This document shows, piece by piece, positions 45,772 through 56,019 of a stretch of DNA of 64,000 nt. Source of the stretch: an uncultured Hormoscilla sp. GTDB taxonomy: Bacteria; Cyanobacteriota; Cyanobacteriia; Cyanobacteriales; Desertifilaceae. The stretch spans positions 2,560,001 to 2,624,000 of the forward strand of contig OZ001293.3 in the NCBI GenBank assembly GCA_963921275.4, given 5' to 3'. The stretch's first letter is position 1, and each line of letters starts with the position of its first letter. The position numbers and the translations under genes were made by a program. The notes under the pieces are model-generated. The model had not been told where the DNA came from, searched no databases, and saw only the letters and a list, made by a program, of their open reading frames with translations.

Positions 45772-47193
45772 TTAGGAATATTTTTGTTTATCTTTGCTGA
45801 AAAACTGAGCAATTCCATAAACAATCATACCTGTAGTCATTCCCGGAAGCACTTCGTACAGTATACCAGACAAGTTTAGTCCTAATTTCCATGTCAAAGC
45901 TGCCCCTATGCCCGCCACCATCATGGCGATCACCACTGGTGCCGTTACAGGTTTTTGCCAAACCCGGACTAGCAATAGCGGACCGAGACCAGAAGCTAGG
46001 GCTGACCAAGCAAAAATTACCAATGCGAATACATTATCATCTCCTGCCAACGCCATACTCAAAATTATCATTGTTACCGTCAGGGTTCCCAGTTTTGCCC
46101 ACTTGTAAGACTGGGCAATTTGAGGAAACAAATCCTGGGTTAGAGCTGCCGAACTTGACAGGATCTGAGAGTCAGCCGTAGATATCGTCGCAGCAAACAG
46201 TCCCGCTAGCATCAATCCTACCAAGATCGCTGGCAACAATTCTAGGGATAAATAGGGCAGTGCTAACTCCGGATCCCCATTAGACATTAATTCTGGTAGC
46301 ATCACTCTCGCTGTTAGTCCTACACCTATTGCACAAAAAGATGCCATCAGACCGCAGATTATTTTGATGTTGCGAGCTTTAGCTATACTATCGGCAGAGT
46401 CGATCGCCATACCTCGCACCAGGATATGAGGTTGACCTACCACCCCAAACCCTGCTGCTATCCAACCGATGAAAAAAGGCAACAGTCCTAACTGAAGGTT
46501 TTGCGGACTTAAGGAAACCAGTGCCGGGTCTATCTCGCCCAGTTTTCTCCATATTTGGACTACGCCACCGCTGCCAGCAACTGCAACTACCAGCAGCAGC
46601 AGCAAGGAACCGATCATCACCACTGATTGCGCTGCATCCGTCCAGATGGAGGCGCGGATACCTCCAGAAAAACAATAGATGACCACAATGACCGCCCCTA
46701 CTATTATACCCAAGTTGTAGTTCCACCCGAACACCGCATTTAGTGCCTTGCTACCTGCCACCAGTTGTGCTGCCGCATAGGTTCCCATCAAGGTAATAAT
46801 AATTAAAGCTGAGACCTTTGTAATCGGGCGAAACCCCTTTGTTTCTTGACCGAGTAAGGATGAGACTGTCTCGGAAGCAGTTAACTCCGATATTTGCCTT
46901 AACCGTTTGAAAACCAACCACCAAGCAATATAATCTCCTATAGCCCAGCCGATTGTCAACCATAGGGCCGAAATTCCTGCCTGGTAAGCGAAGCCTACCT
47001 CCCCGATAAACAAAAAGCCGCTTTGACCTGATGCCTGAGCCGATAGGGCCGTCAGCCAGGGATTGACATTTCTGCTAGCCAGCAGGTAATCACTCGTCGT
47101 ATTTTGCTTGCGGGTCGCAGAATATATTCCTACCATAGTAAATAATAGCAGAAAGGCGATGAATGTCACTGCGATCCCAAATTTATTATCCAT
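45772..47193 (-). CDS. Na+/proline-type symporter (SSS/PutP-like)
   Basis: DYLLASR, SGGIRASIWTD, GQPHILVR, AATISTADSQIL. Confidence 0.92.
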   Translation of the reverse strand: MDNKFGIAVTFIAFLLLFTMVGIYSATRKQNTTSDYLLASRNVNPWLTALSAQASGQSGFLFIGEVGFAYQAGISALWLTIGWAIGDYIAWWLVFKRLRQISELTASETVSSLLGQETKGFRPITKVSALIIITLMGTYAAAQLVAGSKALNAVFGWNYNLGIIVGAVIVVIYCFSGGIRASIWTDAAQSVVMIGSLLLLLVVAVAGSGGVVQIWRKLGEIDPALVSLSPQNLQLGLLPFFIGWIAAGFGVVGQPHILVRGMAIDSADSIAKARNIKIICGLMASFCAIGVGLTARVMLPELMSNGDPELALPYLSLELLPAILVGLMLAGLFAATISTADSQILSSSAALTQDLFPQIAQSYKWAKLGTLTVTMIILSMALAGDDNVFALVIFAWSALASGLGPLLLVRVWQKPVTAPVVIAMMVAGIGAALTWKLGLNLSGILYEVLPGMTTGMIVYGIAQFFSKDKQKYS

Positions 47194-47279
47194 TGTCAGT
47201 TTGTAGGGTGGGCATTGCCCACCAAGTTAGATGGCACTGACTTAAGGTTGGTGGGCGGTGCCCACCAACCTTCTGCGCC

Positions 47280-48493
47280 CTAGTCTCCGCCCAATTCTAC
47301 TAGCTTACCTATATTAAAATCAATCTTCACCCAACCTTTCAATTTTCTCATATTATTCAGCAGGAGTAATGGTATTTGCCAGTGGTGGACCATCAAAAAC
47401 GGCAAGGGGTCATTCACCTGGAAGATCCCATCCGTTCCCTTGATTATCTTATTAAACCACCCCTTGAGTTGCCCCCAAGATCTAATTCCCGTCAGTCGCC
47501 AGAGTTCGTGATATGTCCAATAGGTAGGTTTACTCTCAGGAAGTGGCTCAATGGGCGGTTTCCGATCGTCCTTGCTATCCTGAATATATGCATCCGCGAC
47601 CCCAGGATGATTGTAAAACATGGTGATTGCCGTGTGGGTGCGCGGGTTACATTCTACTGGATAAACTTTCCCATCTTTCGTCTGAATAACATCTAAAGAA
47701 ATTTGTCCTGTCAGGTTTAATGCCTTGACAAACTGCTGCACCCATTGGAAAATATCCTGGTTATCCACTTGCTCGTAATTTACCTGAAAGGGAGAAGACC
47801 GCGAACAGCATGCAGTCTGACGATCCCCTTCCTGACCGTACTGTGGGTACAATATTCTTGTCCGCGAATAAATTCCTGCATGATCCAAGGTTGGGACTCG
47901 CTGATGGGCAATCCCTTGACAAAACTTGCCATTTCCTCTAGGCTACTCATGGGCAGTTTCGTCAGATCCAAGCGGTAAACTGAGTTATAGGCGATACTCT
48001 TAATAATGTACTGACTGCCATCGGCGGTAAAGTCAAAGTTCAGCACTTGTTCGGGGTCTGTAATCAAAAATGCTTTTGGCGCAGTTAAACCAAACTCCCT
48101 CGCCTTTTGACAAAATGTAAACTTGTTATCTAACATCTCGGTAATCTCAGCATCAAAGGTTAACGCCTCGCAGTGAGGTGATAACAATGATTTCGCGATC
48201 GAGTCGTAGTAACTGGCAACGGGACTGGATACGGGAATAAAGACATCAATCTTTTCCTGCTTGACAATATCCAATAATCCCTGACAATAGCTGTTCGGGT
48301 CAATTTCGGGTGCTGGCACGGTGAAAAATCCCTTGACCGCCCGAGAAAAGCGATGTCCTGATAACCAGTATTTATGAGTTTCTACCAGAAACACTGTATG
48401 TCCGGCTGCGTGAAAGCAACGGGCCAGTTGCAGCGCTTTTGTCATCTTACCACCCGTAATCAAGATATTTTTGGGATTTGCCGCAACCACCTT
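47280..48493 (-). pseudogene. mysC: MysC ATP-grasp (mycosporine-glycine synthase), lacking its N-terminus and frameshifted near 47810
   Basis: ILITGGKMTKALQLAR, ETHKYWLSGHRFS, ECNPRTH, IDFNIGKLVELGGD. Confidence 0.92.
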
Positions 48494-49113
48494 TTTCTTA
48501 TCGGCATCGATAAACACCAAGTCAAAGGACTCCGAAGCATTTGCCAATTGGCGCAGGGTCTCTAAAGCCGGTGCTACCTTGACAGTAATTTTACTTCCGT
48601 GGGGGGACTCTTGGAAACAGTTTTGGCAAAGTTAGCCACATATTCATCCACCTCACAGGCAACCAGGAGTCCATCTTCTGGCAGGGCCTCTGCCATGGCC
48701 AGGGCCGAATATCCGGTGAACATGCCGATTTCCAAGATCCGTTTTGCCCCCGTCATGTGGACAAACATCTTCAGAGTTTGTCCCTCGACATGTCCCGAAA
48801 GCATCTCCTGTTCTAACTGTCGCACTAGCTCCCCATCTGAGAACCTTTTGCTCCAATCTTCTGAGGCCGTTTTGAGTGCCAATGCTGTCAAGGCGGGGGA
48901 CTCGGCAGTACTGCACTTATTCAGATAAGGTTCTATTCCTGCTGCCAGATCGTAGGCTTTTTGAACAGCAGCGGCCAGTTCTGCTGGCACCTTGGCGTCA
49001 GAGAGCATCTGCACTGCGCTGGCCAGATCTTCTACCAAGATACCCAAGGGGGTGACAGGTCTGGCTGTCTTTTCTTTCACAACCGTCGCGATCGTCATGC
49101 ACTCTTCTCCCAA
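48494..49113 (-). pseudogene. mysB: MysB O-methyltransferase, frameshifted near 48620 and C-terminally deleted
   Basis: TARPVTPLGIL, LEQEMLSGHVEGQTLKM, LEIGMFTGYSAL, FDLVFIDADK. Confidence 0.92.
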
Positions 49114-49732
49114 ATTTGTTCAAAAATAGACATAAATCCTGAAATATTGAAACTACCTCTAGCTCTGACAGTCTTGACTCTCACGCTTCTTAACCCTGTT
49201 TAGAGCGGTTGGAACTCGTCTGCCCACCGGTTATAGATGACGATCGCCGGATAGAAACGGAACACGGAAGCTTTTCCCTTCTATAATTATTTCCTGGGAG
49301 TGTGGTCAAAAGTAGTTGGTTTAGTATATAATGGATATTTTCAGCGTCCAGTTGTCAAGAGGTTCTCATTAATGATATTTATTAATATTATTAAATTATT
49401 CCCAGTTATCCCTAGGCAAGATCAGTAAAAATACTCAGAAAAATATCTGGACATGGTCCCCAGGGATGTGATAGGGTTTGGCTGTTAAGCAATTGTCTAA
49501 TACCATTTTGTTAAACATCTGATAGACTTGACCGTAGCATAGATTAGAGACGGGAGCCTCCGAATAGCGCAGCGTGTTCCCAGGTTCTACCTGGGAACGA
49601 GAGAGTAGGGGTTTCTTCTCTATCAATTGTTTATGAAATTGGTATAACGTTTTTCATAGCTCTGGCGCGAGCGCGTTTTCAAGCGTGACAGCAGATTGTG
49701 ACTGAAATCTAAAGAGGAAATTTTCCGATCCG

Positions 49733-50731
49733 ATGGCAAAAGAAACATTCGACTTTGTTATTCCACTCTACCGGTTGCGTTGGAACACGCGAGCTGTTCT
49801 GGAAGGACTGACTCACCACTACAAGCCCCGGGCAATTCACATAATTGCCCCGGAAACAGAAGTGCGATCGCTCGATCCCAAGGTTAAGGAATGGCAAGTT
49901 GCTCCAGTCTATACCCACGAGGAGGAAGACTTTTTTCACAAGAGTGGTCTGACAAAGGACGCGATTTGCTCGGAACTGGATTTAGGCAAATCCCTTTATA
50001 CCTCTGGGTGGTTCTATCAGCAGCTATTAAAACTCGGTGCTTCTGAGGGCATTGATGACCTGAGTGAATGGTTCTTTGTCTGGGATAGTGACCTACTGCC
50101 AGTAGATACTTGGCCACTCATCCTCGAACATCAGCAAACTATAAAGCACGCATTTGCACTTCTTCAACACAATAAATGGGGTAATGCTCATATCGTGTCA
50201 AAGTGGGCTGAGTGGATTCGATCAGTGCTTGGGGTTGAGCCAGTTACAGACCAGGAAGGAACCTTGATTCCACATCACATGTGGTTTAAGCAGGAGTATC
50301 TGGCATCATTTAAGCAGCAAGTAAAAAACTACTTTCAATCAGACGATAGCTGGCTGCTGTTGATGATGCGCTCTGCCAATAAGTTTGAAACCTTTAGTGA
50401 ATATTGGTCCTACGTTTCCTGGGTGGCGGCGAAAGCTCCTGCTGACCTAGCCTTTCACCCCTACGAACAATACGGGGCTACCACCGAGCGATTTTTTGAT
50501 GACGGCACTGGTCTGTTTTCCACTACCCTTAAGAGCAAGCGATCGATAGAATCGGACTCAGAGTTCTTTTCTCCGACCTATGCAGAGATAGAATCGTTTA
50601 TTCAAGGAGAATACGAAGCAGATGCGCTGCCGTCATCTTTATCTTTTGAAAGTAGCCCACGACACCTTAAGAAGGACAAAAAGAACATGCATATTGAAGA
50701 GCTACGTTCTCGTTGGAACCCCCGCCAGTAG
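49733..50731 (+). CDS. hypothetical protein with a GT-A-like DxD motif (DUF6492-like)
   Basis: FDFVIP, GWFYQQLLKL, FVWDSDLL, FSEYWSY. Confidence 0.7.
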   Translation: MAKETFDFVIPLYRLRWNTRAVLEGLTHHYKPRAIHIIAPETEVRSLDPKVKEWQVAPVYTHEEEDFFHKSGLTKDAICSELDLGKSLYTSGWFYQQLLKLGASEGIDDLSEWFFVWDSDLLPVDTWPLILEHQQTIKHAFALLQHNKWGNAHIVSKWAEWIRSVLGVEPVTDQEGTLIPHHMWFKQEYLASFKQQVKNYFQSDDSWLLLMMRSANKFETFSEYWSYVSWVAAKAPADLAFHPYEQYGATTERFFDDGTGLFSTTLKSKRSIESDSEFFSPTYAEIESFIQGEYEADALPSSLSFESSPRHLKKDKKNMHIEELRSRWNPRQ

Positions 50732-50863
50732 GACGGGCGTCTCCTCTGTCCATCCCTAGGACGGGCGTCCCGCCTGTCCGGATGTGGTCAGTGGTCAGTG
50801 GCCAATGCAAGAATTTTGAATTGTTTAATAGGTGTTGTGTCAATTAGCGAGGAGGTTACTCAT

Positions 50864-51742
50864 ATGCCAGTAAAAAAACTACAGGCATTTGCCAAGTCTA
50901 TCTATCTGGAGAGGGTCTATCGTTCTATTATCAGAGAGCGGATAAAACAAATGCCGATAATTCAGGAAATGGATCGGATTAGGGAAAGTTCTCGATATCA
51001 AGACCCAAAAAGTTTAATTCCTTTTGGGTATAAGATATATTCGCAAACTGATGAAGACGGAATGATCGCAGAAATCTTCAGAAGGATTGGCTCAACAAAT
51101 AAAGTCTTTGTCGAATTTGGCATTGGGAATGGTTTGGAAAACAATACTATTTCTCTTCTATTTGATGATTGGCAAGGTTTATGGATTGAAGCCTCTTCAC
51201 GTTATGTAAAGGCAATCCGCAAGTATTTTGATCAAATCATAGAAAATGGGCAATTAAAAGTTGTGCAATCATTTATTACCAAGGATAATATCAATGACTT
51301 GATTTACGCCCAGATAAAAGATAAGGAAATCGACCTATTATCGGTTGATATTGATGGCAATGACTATCACGTTCTGAATGCAATAACCTGTATTAGACCA
51401 AGAGTAATCGCGATCGAATATAACGCCAAGTTTCGACCGCCAATTTTATATTGTATGGATTACGATGAATCATATACTTGGGAAAAAGATGATTGCGGTG
51501 GAGCTTCATTGAAGTTTCTGGAGGTAAATTTAGATAAAAAAGGTTATTGCCTTGTGGGTTGTAATATATCTGGTGTCAACGCATTTTTTGTGAGAAAAGA
51601 GCTAGTCGATGATAAATTTTTGGCTCCTTTTACTGCTGAAAATCATTATGAACCCCCAAGGTATTATTTTTCAGGATATTTCGCGGGCCATCGTTCTGCA
51701 TATAAAACCTTGGCAAAATCGCTAACCATGCGCTCCAGTTAA
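50864..51742 (+). CDS. FkbM-like methyltransferase-fold protein
   Basis: YSQTDEDGMI, FVEFGIG, LLSVDIDGNDY, IEYN, GVNAFFV; GAGGAGG RBS. Confidence 0.8.
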   Translation: MPVKKLQAFAKSIYLERVYRSIIRERIKQMPIIQEMDRIRESSRYQDPKSLIPFGYKIYSQTDEDGMIAEIFRRIGSTNKVFVEFGIGNGLENNTISLLFDDWQGLWIEASSRYVKAIRKYFDQIIENGQLKVVQSFITKDNINDLIYAQIKDKEIDLLSVDIDGNDYHVLNAITCIRPRVIAIEYNAKFRPPILYCMDYDESYTWEKDDCGGASLKFLEVNLDKKGYCLVGCNISGVNAFFVRKELVDDKFLAPFTAENHYEPPRYYFSGYFAGHRSAYKTLAKSLTMRSS

Positions 51743-51859
51743 CTTCATTCGCTACCATTGAATACTGTAGGTTGGGTAGAGGGCCAGCGAAACCCAACAG
51801 GGCTTGCTGGTGTTGGGTTTCATGCCCAAACCCAACCTACAACTTAGCGATCGGTCTTT

Positions 51860-53224
51860 TTATTCCAGACCCAGATCGCTGAGGTACATTTCCACTCCTG
51901 CCCCACCATCGGGGAAGTTAGCACATAATGCCTTATGTTCGGATATAGCAGCTTCGAGCAATTCCTGCGGCACTTCTCGGGCATAGTCGCAGTTGCCAAT
52001 GCCGCCCCGAGGTAGGGGTGCCCACAGTCCGCCATCTCCCCGTTTGCGATTCATATTCTTCTGTCCGGAAATCATTAAATCAATGTCTTCCAGGATCGGA
52101 TGATAGACTGCCAAATCGAGGGTGCGAATCAGGGCAATGATCCGATCGCGTTCCGCAGCGGAGATCCAACCCATCATCGTGGCCAAAGTTGCCCCGAAGG
52201 CCATGCCGATGCTCACCGCGTGACCGTGCATCAGCCTCGCCGCGGGTTCATAACGGGGACTCCAAGTGTGACCGTAGGCGTGAGGCCGATCCTGATAGGT
52301 CTCGAACATGTTCGTCCCTTCGTGCTTCATATAGGAGAACAGTTCCCGGTAGATCACCTCATCGGCGATTTCCCCTAACTCTTCGTCTTCTTCAGTGGTA
52401 GCAAAGTGGGTTTCGATCAAGCGCTGACCGTATTTCTCCAGCAACTCAAAGAGAACTTTGTCATCTGTCACCGCCATCTTGATAATTTCGGCCATGCCAT
52501 TGCGGACGTGACCGGTGGGGAGGGTGCGGAATACACTCCGATCGACCAGAGTTAGCACCGGGGGATGATAAGCACCGATGCTGTTCTTGAATTGCTTGCC
52601 GTTGGTACAGGTGCGCGGTGACGGACCTGCATCAATCGCCGCGATCACCGTTGTCGGCACCATCACATAAGGAGTGCGGCGATGCTGTAAAGAACAGGCT
52701 AACCCCGCCACATCGGTGAGGACGCCACCGCCGATCACCAGCACTGGTTCGTTGCGAGACACGTCACAACCATCCTTGCCCAGGAATCCCAAAATACGGT
52801 GGACTGTTTCCGGAGTTTTGTCCGCTTCCCAGGCCCGGATCACCTGCATTTCCAGAGTAATTTCGTTGGTGTCAAAATAGCGACGCACCGACTCTCCGTA
52901 CAGCTCGTTCACGGTTTCGTCGATGACGGCAACACAGCGACCCCGACTATTATAGATTTCCGCCAGGGTGGGGTTTGACGGGTCAAATACCCCATCGACC
53001 AGCTTCACCTTGGCCGTCAGACTGTAGGTTGCAGAGACCTCGAACGATCGACCGTCCTTTCCTGGGAAGATCTGCCCTGAGCCAGTGTACCACTCTGAGG
53101 TACGATATATAGGGTCATGCTTTACCCCAATGTCCTTGTTTTCTGAGCGCTCGAACTGCTCTCTCAACTCTTCCTTGATCTTCTCTGTCAGTTCTGTTTG
53201 AGCGATTGCAGTTTGTAGACTCAT
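51860..53224 (-). CDS. mysA: sedoheptulose-7-phosphate cyclase (DDGS/MysA-like, divergent)
   Basis: IGGGVLTDVAG, RNGMAEIIK, AYGHTWSP, HGHAVSIGM; upstream of mysB/C. Confidence 0.88.
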   Translation of the reverse strand: MSLQTAIAQTELTEKIKEELREQFERSENKDIGVKHDPIYRTSEWYTGSGQIFPGKDGRSFEVSATYSLTAKVKLVDGVFDPSNPTLAEIYNSRGRCVAVIDETVNELYGESVRRYFDTNEITLEMQVIRAWEADKTPETVHRILGFLGKDGCDVSRNEPVLVIGGGVLTDVAGLACSLQHRRTPYVMVPTTVIAAIDAGPSPRTCTNGKQFKNSIGAYHPPVLTLVDRSVFRTLPTGHVRNGMAEIIKMAVTDDKVLFELLEKYGQRLIETHFATTEEDEELGEIADEVIYRELFSYMKHEGTNMFETYQDRPHAYGHTWSPRYEPAARLMHGHAVSIGMAFGATLATMMGWISAAERDRIIALIRTLDLAVYHPILEDIDLMISGQKNMNRKRGDGGLWAPLPRGGIGNCDYAREVPQELLEAAISEHKALCANFPDGGAGVEMYLSDLGLE

Positions 53225-53903
53225 TATCTTTCTCTCTTTTTATTTGACACAACTGCCCGGTTCTGCCGCTTTTCGACGAACAGTGCGGCAGATTTTTGGC
53301 ATGCTTAATGGGCGATCTTCATCGCCTGAAGTAGTTGCTTTTCTGCCTCCTGTCATCCTTAGCTCATCTGACAGGGTTGACATAGCACTACCTCACGATC
53401 TACTCTCGAAGAGCGATCGCCTCAAACTTGTCTAAGTGTATCCGTCAATACACTTCCGTTGCTCGGTCTTTCTCCTGTAAGTTCTCTGTGCGAGCAACCG
53501 AGTTCTGGATACTCCTATATAGGTGTTTTACCTCTCAATATTGCTGTTGTGACTGAAAACAACTCGTCATTGTTCATCTTTGAGAGCTTCCACAACAGTA
53601 AATAGCCAGCATTTATATTTCGATCGGGGGTTAAACCTTTTTCTTTGCCAGGAACGAGCATGTCTTTCCTCTCTTTACTTTTCACCGGTTCTTGGTTTTG
53701 TTTAATCGTTATCATCCCGCATTTGGCGAGCCTTGAGCTGTCCCTATGGCAGGTCACCGTTCTCTCTCTTGTCAACCACCATTCGATCCCTCTGTATTCT
53801 TCCTACTTCTACTATAGCATATCTTGCTGCCGTTATCTACTCATCTCCAGAGAGCTCTGATTTTTTCCCTCTAGTACCTTTGGTCAGAACCCTTATCTAG
53901 TTT

Positions 53904-54774
53904 GTGCGATTCGTTCTAGCCTAACGTGGTCAAACACGGAACTCTAGCCCGGTTTCATTAGCCGGGAACTCTGACCGCATGGGGGTTAAATTCCCCTCCC
54001 CCCAGGTACGGGGGTGACACCGGTCCTCGGTGCTACGAAGCGACATCATCGTGGTGCTAAGCGAGGACTCAAATGTAGGATAACTGGCAGCCTAAGCCGG
54101 TGACGCCGCTAGGAAAGATATCCAAGGTTAGAGCAGGCAAACATGTGCAAGCCTCGTTATAAGGAACCAGCGAAATAAGGCTATATGCGCTGGCCTAAAA
54201 AGGAAATGGTAGCTAGTATTAGTTTTAGACTCTGGCTAATATAGTACTCAAATAGCTCCCGGGGTATAGTGTGGACCTAAAGGTATCGCGAAATGTTGTT
54301 AGGGAACGAAGTAACCTCTCGTGTGCTGTCCATCAGGACAAGTTAGATGTTAAGCGCAAGCCACGGGGGGAGGGATGGCCCAAGAAGCGAATGCCCGGGG
54401 TAATTCCTGGGATAACATCTACAGTAATGTAGATGATGCTGGGTAGCCAGCGCTGACGTGGGTCGGTGATACTAGGAAGCTGCTGGAATGAGTAATCCTA
54501 AAAAGCCACGGAACTAATCCGAAACGCAAGTGGAGGATAAGGTATGGATAACTGGTAAAACTGACTTGAAAATGGTGATACTAACGGTTATCAGAACAAC
54601 CACTCGCTAAACCAGGAAAGGGAAGAAAAGACAGGCGGCAAGGGCTAACGGAAGTAATTCCTATTAAGTCTACCTATGAAAAGGGCCTAGTACCCAGTAG
54701 CCGGATGCGGTGAAAATCGCAAGTCCGGTTCCTCAAGGGAGGGTCGGGAAGCGATTCCCGGCTCGACCCCATCC
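53904..54774 (+). mobile_element. ORF-less group II intron, type A copy 3 (871 nt), intergenic
   Basis: Same sequence as the other copies (one substitution seen near 53943); EBS2 ATAAGG at 54175-54180, EBS1 AGACTC at 54227-54232. Confidence 0.95.
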
Positions 54775-54869
54775 AGCACATCTGCCTCGATTTTTAGCTT
54801 ACCTCATCTACTTTCATTTTACCACCTATTAGGCCGCACAGATCCTCACCTCAGTCAGTTTATTAAGCT

Positions 54870-56019
54870 ATCACATAAGCTTGGATAATGCAAGGGTATA
54901 TCTCCCCTGTTTACAACATTCCTTACTCTGCCGATCGCCGCCGGCGTGCGCGCAGCGCAATCCCGAGCCTATCAGCAAGAGGTTGGCGCAGCATCTACCG
55001 TAAACTAGGGTGTGTCATCAATCAAATTGCTTGACAGAAGTAGATGGATACGGTATGGAGTCCTTATCCAGCAATAACAATCAAGAGGGCATGATATGAG
55101 ACGCTATGGCTTGCGAGACGACCAGTGGGAACGGATCGAACACCTTTTACCTGGTAAAGAGGGTGACCCAGGCGCTACAGCCAAGAACAATAGATTATTC
55201 GTGTTCTGCCGTGTTATATCGATATCGTGCTGGCATTCCCTGGCGGGATTTACCGGAGTGTTTTGGGGATTTTCGGGTTGTTCATACCCGCCATACCCGT
55301 TGGTCTGAAAAGGGAGTTTGGAAGCAGGTATTCGATGTCTTGGCCTCAGACGCCGATAACGAATACGCCGCGATTGATGCCACCATCCTGCGTGCCCATC
55401 AACGAGCGTGCGGGTGCAAAAAAAAACACCCTCAGATACGTGCGAAACCCAAGCCATAGGCCGTAGTAAAGGGGGACTATCGACAAAGATTCATGCCACT
55501 TGCGATTGCCCAAGGCAATCCCACAGGATTTCATCTTACCCCTGGCCAAGCCCACGACGGGAAAGGCGCTGACGTGCTATTGGATAAAATCGGTGAGATT
55601 GGCGCGCTGCTTGCAGATAAAGCCTATGATGCGGAACAACGTGTGCTCGAGCGCCTGAAAGAGGCGGATTGGATGGCTGTCATTCCTCCAAAAAGTAACC
55701 GCACAGAACACAGAGAAGACGATGAAGAAATGTACAAGTGGCGGCATCTAATTGAAAATCTATTCCAAAAACTCAAGCAATACAGGGCTCTGGCGACACG
55801 CTACGATAAAACGGCTCGCAATTTCTTGGGTGCCATCTACCTCGCGGCAGCTGTAATATGGCTTAATTGATGACACGCCCTAATCAATTTATCACATAAG
55901 CTTGGATAATGCAAGGGTAGATCTCCCCTGTTTAAAACCTTCCCTACTCCGCCGATTGCCGCCGGCGTGCGCGCAGCGCAATCCCGATACTGTCAGCAAG
56001 GGGTTGCCGCAGCATCTAC
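54870..56019 (+). repeat. two diverged ~130-bp direct repeats (54870-54998, 55891-56019) separated by IS5
   Basis: atcacataagcttggataatgcaagggta...gcagcatctac occurs on both sides of the IS. Confidence 0.85.
55008..55880 (+). mobile_element. IS5-family element, copy 2 (873 bp)
   Basis: Same translations as 33280-34152; TA duplication. Confidence 0.95.

Noticed and set aside
47780..48547. Functional natural MysB-MysC fusion enzyme
   Set aside because: The MysB half lacks its C-terminal part and both halves carry frameshifts.
54771..54772. Canonical AT as the type A intron 3' end
   Set aside because: It frameshifts both mysD genes and the secreted-protein tail, and CC follows in all four copies.
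33280..55880. Composite transposon that delivered the MAA cluster
   Set aside because: IS5 copy 1 sits inside a cluster gene that rejoins in frame across a TA duplication, so the insertion came after the cluster.
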